Source: Anolis carolinensis
Taxonomy: Eukaryota
Reading direction: 5' to 3'
DNA: 64,000 nucleotides
Assembly: GCF_035594765.1 (NCBI RefSeq)
Contig: NC_085847.1
Coordinates: forward strand, 8,866,001 to 8,930,000
Shown: in pieces, positions 53,628 to 64,000 of the stretch
Position numbering within the stretch: position 1 is the stretch's first letter
Layout of the letters: each line of letters opens with the position of its first letter
Notes under the pieces: model-generated
The model's database searches: none
Told to the model about the DNA's origin: nothing
The model's input: only the letters and a program-made list of their open reading frames with translations
Position numbers and translations under genes: made by a program

Positions 53628-56600
53628 ACTATATCGCAAAAACAAAAAGCACACACACACACAAATAGCCATTTGATTTGGTATCTCATAGAATCATAGA
53701 TGAGATACCAAATCAAATGGCTATTTGTGTGTGTGTGTGTGTTTTGTTTGTTTTTGCTATATAGTTTTTATTTATTTCTTAAGAATGAGAATACATAGAA
53801 AGTGGGGGAACAAAATAGATAGTGAAAAATAGTGAAGAAGAAGAATGTTGACAAGCTGGAAAGCGTCCAGAGGAGGGCGGCTAAAATGATCAAGGGTCTG
53901 GAGAACAATCCCTCTGAGGAGCGGCTTAAAGAGCTGGGTATGTTTAGCCTGCAGAAGAAAAGGCTGAGAGGAGACGTGATAGCCATATACAAATACAGTA
54001 GAGTCTCACTTATCCAAGCTAAAAAGGCTGGCAGAAACTTGGATAAGTGAATATCTTGGATAATAAGGAGAGGTTAAGGAAAAGCCTATTAAACATCAAA
54101 TTAGGTTAGGATTTTACAAATTAAGCACCAAAACATCACGTTATACAACAAATTTGACAGAAAAAGTACTTCAATAGGCACTAATGTTATGTTGTAATTG
54201 CTGTATTTACGAATTTAGCACCAAAATATCACACTATATTGAAAACATTGACTACAAAAATGGCTTGGATTATCCAGAGGCTTGGATAAGCGAGGCTTGG
54301 ATAAGTGAGACTCTACTGTATGTGAGGGGAAGCCATAGGGAGGAGGAAGTAAGCTTGTTTTCTGCTGCCCTGGAGACTAGGACGCGGAGTAATGGCTTCA
54401 AACTACAGGAAAGGAGATTCCACCTGAACATCAGGAAGAACTCCCTCACGGTGAGAGCTGTTCAGCAGTGGAACTCTCTGCCCTGGACTGTGGTGGAGGC
54501 TCCTTCTTTGGAGGCTTTTAAGCAGAGGCTGGATGGCCATCTGTCGGGGGTGCTTTGAATGAGATTTTTCTGCTTCTTGCAGGGGGTTGGACTGGATGGC
54601 CCGTGAGGTCTCTTCCAACTCTACGATTCTGTGATTCTAGGAGAGGGAGTGAAGAAGAGGCAAAGAGAAGAAGGAAAAAAAGGATTTGTGCTTTGACTTC
54701 CCATCCATGCTTCAAAGCCTTTTCTTTCATCTTCTCTGACATTTTCTTTCATTTATTCTAACCTCCATCCTTTTTGTTTGTTTTTATATGCAAGACAGAT
54801 CTATCATGAAGTTCATTCTTTCTCTCAAGATACTTACATTTATCCAATCTGTTTTATTCTTCACTTCTCTTATCTTTTGTGTCAATATGTCCCTATGTAT
54901 AATGTCTAATATTTTAATCAGCCAATCTTCAACATTTGAAGCTTCTTCCTTTTTCCAAACTCTTGCTGGAGTCAATCTTGCTGCTGCGCTAATGTGGAAT
55001 AATAATCTATCTTCATTTTTATTTAATGTTGTTGTTGTGAATCCTAGTAAGTACGTTTCTGGTTTTAATTTAAATTTGGTTCCTAACATTTTTTGCGTCA
55101 TTTTATGTGCTGTCTTCCAAAATTCTTTGATTTTTGGACAGTCCCACCATTGGTGGAAAAAGGTTCCTGTTTTTTCCCCACATTTCCAATTTTTATTAAA
55201 TTTTGCTAGCCTTTCCAGGGTGTAATACCAGCGGTATTGCATCTTATACCAATTTTCTCTAATATCAGTTGCTGCCGTGTACTTTATTTTTTTCCTCCAA
55301 ATCTCTTCCCAAAATGGCTATTTGTGTTGATTTGCCATTGAGAGCCAACATGTGGAAATTCTCATGAACACTTACGAGAGAGAATAAATTGTCAATTTAA
55401 AAAAAAACCAAAATGAGCCGTGTGAAACTGCAAAGCATCACTATTCATTAAAGAGGTATAATCTTCTGATAAAGGGGACTATTTTTCATACTACCCTGGT
55501 ACGCTTTCTGTGGTTTGTAACAAGCTACCATATGGGAAAGAGGATTTATGAACCTCTCCTTGACAAAATAAATGTTGGGTTGGGAGGAAGGATCTGTGGT
55601 TATTAAAAAAAATGAATAGTCTTCATTGCAGCTAATCAGATGGGGTAATCTGTTTTCATCCCCTTTCTTGCTCCGAACATGATGCTTTACAAGAAGCTGA
55701 TGGCATACATTTTACAATGTCATTCAATAAAAAATGTTCTGGGTGGCCAGCAGCAATTAATGTACAAACCAGAAATTTTTTTTTAATGTTTTCACATGGG
55801 CATGCTGTTGAGAGAATGTCATGTTCCTTATCCTTAAAATCTATTTTCTGTTCTTTCCACAGTTTGCTCATTGCCAACAGAGGTGAGTTATCTTTATTGC
55901 TTCTGTCAGTCATCTTTCCATGGCCTTTGCGTATGCCCAGTCCTCTGCTATTTTGAGAATGTTCTTCACAGTTTTGTACTTTTCTAAACCTTGCCACTTT
56001 CCTGTGGCTTAGTGGTGCCCATTTGATTACAAATGCAGTGACGCTTACAGCTGGAAATTTGGAAACATGGTGAATGATATAAGTGCGCACAGGTGCACGT
56101 ATTTGCATGAGTGTGCATTCTTATAACATCACTGTTGTAAAGATTTCTGTCAGTCTATGAGAATTTGTCTGTGTGCAGAGTCCCCTCAGGTTGCAAATGT
56201 GTGCTGTGTTTCTCCTACAGTACTGCGAATACATGCCCGACGTGTCAAAATGCAGGCAATGGCTAGAGAAGAATTTTCCAAACGAGTTTGCAAAACTTAC
56301 TGTAGGTAAGAAGAGGCCTGTGTTTTTTTTAATGAGCAGCTTAGGTTGCAGTCTGATATAGTGTAGTGGAATCTTTATTCATTTCTTTCCATGGTCAAGC
56401 TTAAACATTGTTGTTCCTTTCTGTGTTCTCCTTTAGAAAAATCTCCCAAACAAGAATCTGGAATTGGAGAAGGTCAAGGAATAACTGGTGAAGAGGAGGA
56501 GAAAAAAAAGCAAAAGAGAGGCAAGGTCTAAATCATTATTTGTGGGTTCGATTCAGTAGAAGAAAAGTGAAATACTAATTTGAATATGAAGACTAGCTAT

Positions 56601-57761
56601 TGTTTGCTATTTTGGGTCGGATCAGCACTAGTGGATGGACTGGAAACCCAAAAACCTGTCCCTTCTGATTCTGTGTAGCCTTGCAAGGTATAATTGGTGT
56701 TTTCTGTTTTCCCCATCCCTCCAGGTGGAAGAGGTCAGATAAAACAGAAGAAGAAAACGGTCCCTCAGAAAGTCACGATAGCAAAAATTCCAAGGGCAAA
56801 GAAGAAATATGTGACAAGAGTTTGTGGTCTCGCAACTTTTGGTGAGTGAAGAAGGACTTGGCACCCACTGGGATCTCTAATCTCTATTACTGGTTTTAAT
56901 CATTGGTTTTTTTCCCCCCAAAACAGAAATCGACCTTAAGGAAGCACAAAGATTCTTTGCTCAGAAGTTCTCTTGTGGTGCCTCAGTGACGGGAGAGGAT
57001 GAAATAATAATTCAAGGGGACTTTACAGATGACATCATTGATGTCATCCAGGAAAAGTGGCCAGAGGTGAATTATTTCTTAACCTACACTTGCGTGTCTG
57101 AGTGACTGAAAGAGAGAATTTCATTTCCTATTCTATCTATTCATTTGAAGTCGGAGCCACTGTGTGTTGTGCTTTTGCGCTACTCAGAATTGTAGTATTT
57201 ATAAGGCAAGATAGTAAGAGTGACTAGACTGGCCTCGGGTTTAGATTTTTTTCCTCAACAAAGCTTTTCATGGATTTTTGTTAGAGATTTTTCAGCATTC
57301 AATTGTGTTCTATTACCAATCAACTTTATTGGTTGAAGTATTGTGAAATAGGATTATGAAAGAGAGTGAAACCTTTCAAGTGATCTACTCTGCCCATACC
57401 ATATATAAACCATCTGTTGTTTTCATGGATTTATTTATAAATCGTAATCCTCTTGGTTATATTTTTCTTCATAAACTGAAAAGGAAAAGGCGCTTCAATT
57501 CCTTTAGATAGAGCTTTATCTTTTTACCTCCAGGTCCAATCATTCCACTAGACCTTCATACCTTCCTTTAGCAGAAAGTCTATGTGTGTGTTTTAAAATA
57601 GTTTATCTTTGTTTCACATACAAGGATTGTTTTGGGAAAGAAAAATCCCAAATCCAAGCTTGCCTTCTTCTACTAGATGGTATTATAGTGCTGATAATGC
57701 TATTTGTCTGTTGTAGGTTGATGATGATAGCATCGAAGATCTGGGAGAAGTCAAGAAGTGA
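53428..57761 (+). CDS. DENR: Density-regulated reinitiation and release factor (SUI1 domain), 196 aa
   Basis: Coding exons 53428-53527, 55863-55882, 56221-56305, 56437-56520, 56725-56841, 56927-57066, 57717-57761; total 591 nt. [26 protein letters not shown]...[20 protein letters not shown] donors at 53528 and 56521. Confidence 0.96.
53845..54640 (+). mobile_element. CR1 LINE 3' end
   Basis: Translates as [18 protein letters not shown]...[18 protein letters not shown] and [29 protein letters not shown]...QWNSLP; ends in octamer tail attctgtgattcta. Confidence 0.92.
53996..54318. mobile_element. Tc1/mariner-superfamily MITE inserted in CR1
   Basis: Perfect TIRs cagtagagtctcacttatcc / ggataagtgagactctactg with TA duplication that splits the CR1 reading frame. 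Confidence 0.9.
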
Positions 57762-58351
57762 AAATGTGTTTTTAAAAAACGAAACCTGCCTTCCGACTAG
57801 CACCGGGTTCTAATTGATGTAGCCAAAATAAGGCTTCTTCTCCGTGTGTTTGCCTGGCAAAAAGAACTGTTAAAGAACGGCACCCTTACTGTTGGCATTT
57901 TCTGTCTTGGCTATGTATATTCTGTTTGTGTTTTTGCCAAAGTTTAAACCTGGAGGAAGTGGGACGATCGTGCTTCCAGACACAAGAGTTCATTGATTAA
58001 AAAGTTATTGTTCCTCACGCAAATATTTTCTTGGTTTTTTTTCCCCTAACGGTTTGTGGTTCCTCTGGATTATGTTGTCAGAAGAAGGCGGATGGTTTGA
58101 ACAATTGATCTATAGGAAATCAAATGAGAGTTGTCTACATGTTCTGCCCCAAGTTTGCAGTGTAACAAGATACCATATTTACTCTAATTTAACGCTCACC
58201 TTTTTCGGCAAAACGACCTTGCCAAAATTAGGGTGAGTATTAGATTTGTGTAACATGGTAATCTTTGTCCTGATCCAAAACAAAAAGAGAAGCTACTTCA
58301 GGAACTGCACCTGGAGCTCTTCTTTGAAGGACGCCATCTCTAATTTAATTA

Positions 58352-58744
58352 CTGTATATACTCGAGTATAAGCCTAGTTTTTCAGCCCTTTTTTAGGGCT
58401 GAAAAAGCTCCCCTCGGCTTATACTCGAGTGAGGGTCCTGGCCGGCTTCTATTCAGGTTGGGTTATACTTGAGTATATAGGTATTCAGAGTTGGACAGTC
58501 TTATCTTATTAAAGTCTTATTATCTTAAATTACAGTTTTATATAAATATTCAAAAACATTTAACCTACTTATGCCTCAAATAATGCAATTTTATTAATAT
58601 CTATTTTTATTTTTGAAATTGACCCATAGCTGCTGCATTTCCCACCCCCATCTTATACTCGAGTCAATAAGTTTTCCCAGTTTTTGTGGTAAAATTAGGT
58701 GCCTTGGCTTATATTCGGGTCGGCTTACACTCGAGTATATACGA
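58352..58744. mobile_element. Tc1/mariner/pogo-type MITE
   Basis: TIRs ctgtatatactcgagtataagcc / ggcttacactcgagtatatacga with TA flanks. Confidence 0.85.
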
Positions 58745-59019
58745 TACCATGGCTCAATTAATTGCAATGCTGGGATTTGTAGTTTGGTAAGCCGTCAGCT
58801 TTCTTTGGCAGAAAAAGCTCAAAATTTTGTGAAATTGCATCCCCTGTGATTCCATAGCATTGAACCAAGGTAGTGAAAGTGAATGAATTATTCCTATTCC
58901 ATTGCTGGAAGCTTTGGTGTTCTAACACTTTTATTTTGAAAGAAGGAATGCTAAGCCTGCAGCAACTGTAATGCGTACCTTTAATGTCTCCGTGGCAAAT
59001 AAAATGACTTTTTCAAATA

Positions 59020-59243
59020 TTTATTTATTTATTTACAGTATTTATATTCCACCCTTCTCACCCCGAAGGGGACTCAGGGCGGATCACATTACACATATAG
59101 GCAAACATTCAATGCCTTTTAACATATAACAAAGACAAACAAACATAGGCTCCGAGCGGGGCTCGAACTCATGACCTGGTCAGGGTGATTCATTGCAGTT
59201 AATTGCACTGGCTTGCTCTCCCGCCTGCGCCACAGCCCGGGCC
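59020..59243 (-). mobile_element. Near full-length tRNA-derived SINE
   Basis: (TTTA)n tail at left; GTTCGAG B-box on minus strand near 59163; GC-rich head. Confidence 0.7.
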
Positions 59244-59628
59244 TAATAATAATCCAGGCAATACCGGGTCTCCAAGCCAGTAATGTGATAAAAACGTTTT
59301 GTTAACTTTCCCTCAACAACATTTTCCCTTTCCGAGTTGATTCATTCGATATGTGATATTAAAGTTATTAAACTCCTCTAACAATAACTTGAATAAATTT
59401 GATCCCTCCTTCGCCCTCCCTAATGGACATTGTGGGATAAATAAATAAAATTAAATGAAATAAAAAGACGGTGATGCAAAGGATCCCTTTGGAACAAACT
59501 TTTTAAAATTGAGCAACTGACGAAGCAGAAACCTTGAAATCAAGAGTTCTATATCAAATGCTATAAATTTTTATGAGGGGGTATGTGGCCAAAATCGTGC
59601 ACTCAAAATAGTCGAATGTTTTGAAATA

Positions 59629-59954
59629 CTGTAGTATCTCGCTTATCCAACATAAATGGGCCTGCAGAACATTGGATAAGCGAAAATGTTGGATAATAAG
59701 GAGGGATTAAGGAAAAGCCTATTAAACATCAAATTATGTTATGATTTTACAAATTAAGCACCAAAACATCATGTTTTACAACAAATGGATAGAAAAAGCA
59801 GTTCAGTACATGATAACGTTATGTAATAATTACTGTATTTATGAATTTAACACCAAAATTTTGCAATTTATTGAAAAATTTACTACAAAAACGTTGACTA
59901 CTAAAAGGCAAACTGCGCTGGATAATACAGAACCTTGGATAAGCGAGACTACTG
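59629..59954. mobile_element. Tc1/mariner MITE (family of 46021 and 53996)
   Basis: ctgtagtatctcgcttatcc ... ggataagcgagactactg with TA flanks; internal sequence colinear with 53996-54318. Confidence 0.85.
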
Positions 59955-60667
59955 TATAACGTTCGTTATATTCTTCGTAACTTCAAGCGTTTCCAACTTT
60001 TTTTGTAACAATATCTACTCATAAAGGGTTTGCTACTGTGTTTCTCTTCAGAGTCAGGCTGAGTTGCATCAAGGCCGCACTAGGTTTCCATGGTGACCGA
60101 GGGGGCCTATCAAAGTCCGAATCCAAACAAACAAAGAAACCCACCATCCTGGCTTGTTGAATACTGGTTTATACTCTGTTCATCAAGTAGAGGTGGCTTC
60201 TTTAGCGGAAACGTTGGTACCAGAGACAGAAATAATGTGGAAAGAAGCAGGTTTCCTGTCAGAAAACACAGGCTGCTCCATTGTGGAGAAGAAGCACACT
60301 TTGAGGTCATGTATTTCTTTGATTCTAGGGCGCACTTTTTCCTCACAAAAATATATCTACAACAGGGTGTTTCGTTTTCTTCCATTTCCCCCCCCCCCCC
60401 TGTTTTGCAGATGGTGGCATATGGTTTCCCTCCCTTTTTAGGCTTCCATAGAAGCTCCAGGCCCTCCCTTTTTCTCCGCACCATCATGGCTCTCCTGAGG
60501 TAAAAAGTAGGGGCAAATAGGGCAGTGACTGTACTGAGATGGGACACTCAGCCTCTCCTAATTTGCCCGCCTATTTCCCCCAGGTTTTTTGTTGTTGTTT
60601 TGTTTTCAATTTATGAACCATCTGTGTCACTGAATCAGATACTATCATGATATTGTGACTGTTAGAG

Positions 60668-60830
60668 ACTTTCCTTCCTTTCCTCCCCCTTCTCCATTTC
60701 CCTTCTTTTTCTCTCTTTCCTTCCTTCCTTTCCTCCCACTTCTCCTTCCTTCTTTCCCCTTTCTTTCCCTTCTTTTTCTTTCTTGTCTTCTTTCCGTTCC
60801 TTTCCTTTCCTTCCCCTTTCTCTCTTCCCC
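60668..60830. repeat. Polypyrimidine/polypurine low-complexity tract
   Basis: About 160 nt almost exclusively C/T on the + strand. Confidence 0.9.
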
Positions 60831-61919
60831 AGCTCTGGGGGGACTTCCCTCACGATGTCTCCATGGCAACAACGGCTTTCTTGGTGGCTCTTTCCTTCCC
60901 CTCATAAACAGGTCGTCTTTCTTTCCCAATGGCATCACAGAGGGCCACTTCACCTAGAAACAGCCTTTGTGGTACGGTGATAGCTCAAAGGGCCTTGCAT
61001 CAGACACATGGATGGACAAAAAAACAGACGTAAGAGTTTTTTATATATCGATATATTTATTATTCATATCTGATCTTTCCAGATTGGAACTCAAACGGTT
61101 TACAACAGGGAAATATGCAAGGTCAAAAAATATTAAAAAGCAATGAAGCCATCATATAGCATCACATGAAGAACAAGAGTCAGACAGCATGCAAATGTTT
61201 ACATGGGCCAAAGTGGAGGAAACACTGTGACTTAGGAGAAAGTCCTATTGAATCTAGAGGGACCTATGCTTCAGCAAATACACACAGGTTTGCCCAGCAA
61301 ATATGCCTGGGTGCTTTCACGGGGACCATTACAGTGGAACGAGATGCCATCAACCTGGAAGATGCCCGGCCTCAGGTATTTACAAATCCAAAGTATGACA
61401 TTTACATCCACAATGTATAGCAGGATTTATTTCTTTATTAATGGATTAAACCAGGCAGCTTACAATAAAATCAATTCGAAACCATAAATACAAACAACAG
61501 ATTTAAAAGATTATCAATATATTGAAGGATTTATCAGTTAAAAGCAGACAATTCTGCATAGCACAACCAGAAGATATAATCAGTTAGGCAGAAGGCTTTA
61601 ATAATAAGCCATGTTGTGATTTGGTGCTGAAATGATCCCAAATGTCGACGCCAGCTGGCCTTCCAGAGACAGCCGATTGCCCCCCCCCCCCCTCCCAACC
61701 CCTAGGACCACAAACAGCTCTCCAAAGCAATATTTGGCCCTTCAACCCTCCAGATCCATGGATCACCCCTTTTCAGAAGACAGAAACAGGGCATGGCACG
61801 ATTAAAAGGTTCCTTGTATTTTGAACTAGATTGTTCTGTAATTACTTTCCTAATTAAAATTGTGATAGAGCGGTGTGTTCTCTCTCCAGATACCCCCACA
61901 GATCTAATAAGAATTACCG

Positions 61920-64000
61920 CTGCCCTCCCCCCAACAAGGACCAATGAACTCTATGGAACTCCAAAGAATGGGGGGCACCAAAAGGTTGGGGTGCTCCAAG
62001 AAGGCCAAGGAACTGTGCTGACAGAGCACCCAAGAAAGAAGAATCTGGTGTGCCCCGAAAGGACCAAGAAGAGTTAGAGGTGCCTCAAAAGAACCATAAA
62101 GAATTCATGATGCCCTCCCCCCCAAACTAATAAACTCTATGAAACTCTAAATCATGGGGGGGGGGGGGGTTGGAGTGCTTGCCTACAAGATACCCAAGAA
62201 AAAAGGATTTGGTGTGCCCCAAATGGACCAAGAAGAATTAAGGGTGCCCCCCCCAAAAAAATCAATATACTTTTCAGCTATGGGGGGCACTGAAATGTTG
62301 GAGTACTCTGAAAAGACCAAGAAACTCTTCACTTGGGGGACACCCAATAAAGAAGAATGGAGATGGGTGTCCCCCCCCCCCCAAAAGCACCAATAAACTC
62401 TCCAGCCAGAAGACACCAAAGGATGGGGCCCCCAAAATGCTGAAGACTATGAAAATATGGGGAACTAACGAATAAATTGGGGTACCCTGAAAGGACCAAG
62501 AAACTCTGTGGTTGTGGGACCGAAGAAAGAATTTGGAGCCCCAAAATGATGAATGGGTGATGCTTGCCCTGATTTCACTTGACATGAAAGCTCCATTGGT
62601 AGAGAGAGAGGGAGAAATAGGGAATTCTAAAAGTTTTGTTTCTTTCACTTTTGTGTCTGCGTTTTTTTCCTCTTTTTAATTGGGTTCATTTTTAGTTGCA
62701 TTTTTTAAAATGTAATGCAAATTAAGTTTTTAAAAGAAATAAAAAACAGGGGCAGCTGACAGAAACCCAAACAAGTAGAATTTGGAGACTCAAAATGATG
62801 AATATATTTTGCACTCATTGGTATACGAAGAAGAGTTTGGGTTCTTCCAGAAGGACCAAGAAATGATGCGGCTATGGGGCACCCAAGAAAGAAGAACTGG
62901 GTGCCCCCAAAGGGCCAAGAAACTCTGCAGCTACTGGTAGCCCAAGAAAGAAGAATTGGGGGCGCCTCTAAAGGACCAAGAAACTCTGTGGCTATGGGGC
63001 ACCCAAGAAAGAAGAACTGGGTGCCCCAAAAGGAGCAAGAAACTCTGCAGACATGCCCCCCCCCAAATGGGGGGGGGGGTTGAAATATCTAAGGCTGTGC
63101 TGCAATTGGGCACCAAAGAATGAGGGCGGAACTGAAACAATGAAGGCCTTGCACGAAGTGAAATGACATAATCTTCAGAACACGAGAGAATTTCTGATTC
63201 CTGGACTCTTCACTCCAAGCCCTCAAGGTAGACCTTCATTTATAGTTTAACCTAAGGGGAAGGGAAAATGGGTGGAAATTATTTATTGGTTCCATTTCCT
63301 TTAAGAAAGTAGAGAAACAGAAAGCAGCCGCAGCTGCAGAAGGAGCAGAACAGTCCGGAAGTTGGCAACAGCCCCACCACCAGATCTCAGCAACCTCCAT
63401 GTGTGATGCTGTTCCTGATTTCACTTGACATGAAAGATCCCAAGGTAGTTGATGGCAGAGAGAGAGAAGGAGACATGGATTTTGTAAAACGATCGTTTGT
63501 TTCACTCTAATATCTGTTTTTCTATCTTTAAATGGGTGAATTTTTGTTGTAGACGAGCACCCTGAAAGGACCAAGAAACTCTGCAGCTAACAAGAACCCA
63601 AAGAAGTACAATTTGGAGCACCAAAACGACCAAGAAATTTTGCAGCTATGGATGCCCAAGGAAGAAGAATTCGGACCAAGAAGAATTACGGGTGTCCTAA
63701 AAGGACCAATAAACTTTCTAGCCATGAAGCGCCAAAGAATGGGGCACACAAACATTAAAATCTTTGAAGCTATGGGGTGCTAAGGAATACAGGGAAGGAC
63801 ACTGTCAGAAATTGACCTCTGAACCAGACAGCATTACCATTGAGAAGGAAGAGAAACAAATTCCAGCTGTTCACTTCAAATCCAGTAGATTATGATAAAC
63901 AGCCCAAAAAGACCAATATATTATCAGGCTATGAGCTGTGAAAGAAAAGAGGGCACCACTGTGTTGGGGTGCTCTAAGAAGACCAAGAAACTCTGCATCT
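61920..64000. repeat. Degenerate ~60-bp minisatellite region
   Basis: aaggaccaagaaactctg..gctatggggcacccaagaaagaagaa recurs, with 60-bp spacing at about 62851, 62911, 62971 and 63030, and looser copies near 62060, 62225, 62314, 62491, 63567, 63628, 63701 and 63980. Confidence 0.85.
63806..63966 (+). pseudogene. Degenerate, frameshifted exon resembling the N-terminal coiled-coil exon of CCDC62
   Basis: Piecewise translation QKLTSEPDSITIEK / KRNKFQLFTSNPVDYDKQPKKT / YQAMSCERKEGTTV resembles recalled CCDC62 QNIGSEVEISTIEKQRKELQLLIGELKDRDKELNDM...QQLLSWEEDRQKVLTL. Two frameshifts needed; same strand as and downstream of DENR, as in mammals. Confidence 0.55.

Larger units (their letters stand above)
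53731..55311 (-). mobile_element. 5'-truncated L1-clade LINE (ORF2 C-terminus plus 3' UTR) hosting a CR1 insertion
   Basis: Minus-strand ORF 54784-55242 has the L1 ORF2 C-terminal signature (YRWY...WKC...[17 protein letters not shown]); T-rich tail at left; 16-bp direct repeat aaatggctatttgtgt at 53715-53730 and 55312-55327. Confidence 0.75.

Noticed and set aside
59140-59243. tRNA-like B-box sequences (also near 12995 and 47815)
   Set aside because: No complete cloverleaf; these are SINE heads, not tRNA genes.
60090-60547. 137-, 145- and 95-aa ORFs as a possible new gene or FAM216A
   Set aside because: No resemblance to any protein I recognise, including recalled FAM216A and CCDC62; no coherent splice structure.
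60645-60980. Lys/Arg/Glu-rich and Phe/Pro/Ser-rich ORFs
   Set aside because: Translation of the low-complexity pyrimidine tract.

Overview
Vertebrate genomic DNA, most likely a squamate reptile such as an Anolis-type lizard (inferred from Sauria-type SINEs, CR1, Penelope-like elements and abundant MITEs). Five spliced protein-coding genes were reconstructed exon by exon with intact frames: ATP2A2/SERCA2 (+, exons 4-20 plus the alternative SERCA2a terminal exon; 5' end outside the window), ANAPC7 (-, 565 aa), ARPC3 (-, 178 aa), GPN3 (-, 284 aa) and DENR (+, 196 aa). GPN3 and DENR sit head-to-head on one CpG-rich promoter, which differs from the human/mouse gene order. Most notable extras: a frameshifted CCDC62-like exon at the right edge, an intact-looking minimal hammerhead ribozyme in a Penelope-like repeat next to the GPN3/DENR promoter, a 91-bp MITE-derived minisatellite with higher-order (5-unit) structure beside ANAPC7 exon 1, two long intronic hairpins, a three-level nested L1/CR1/MITE insertion, four GC-AG introns, and altered SERCA2a/2b C-terminal tails. 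I found no convincing wholly new multi-gene system. Orthologue comparisons rely on recalled sequences, not searches.
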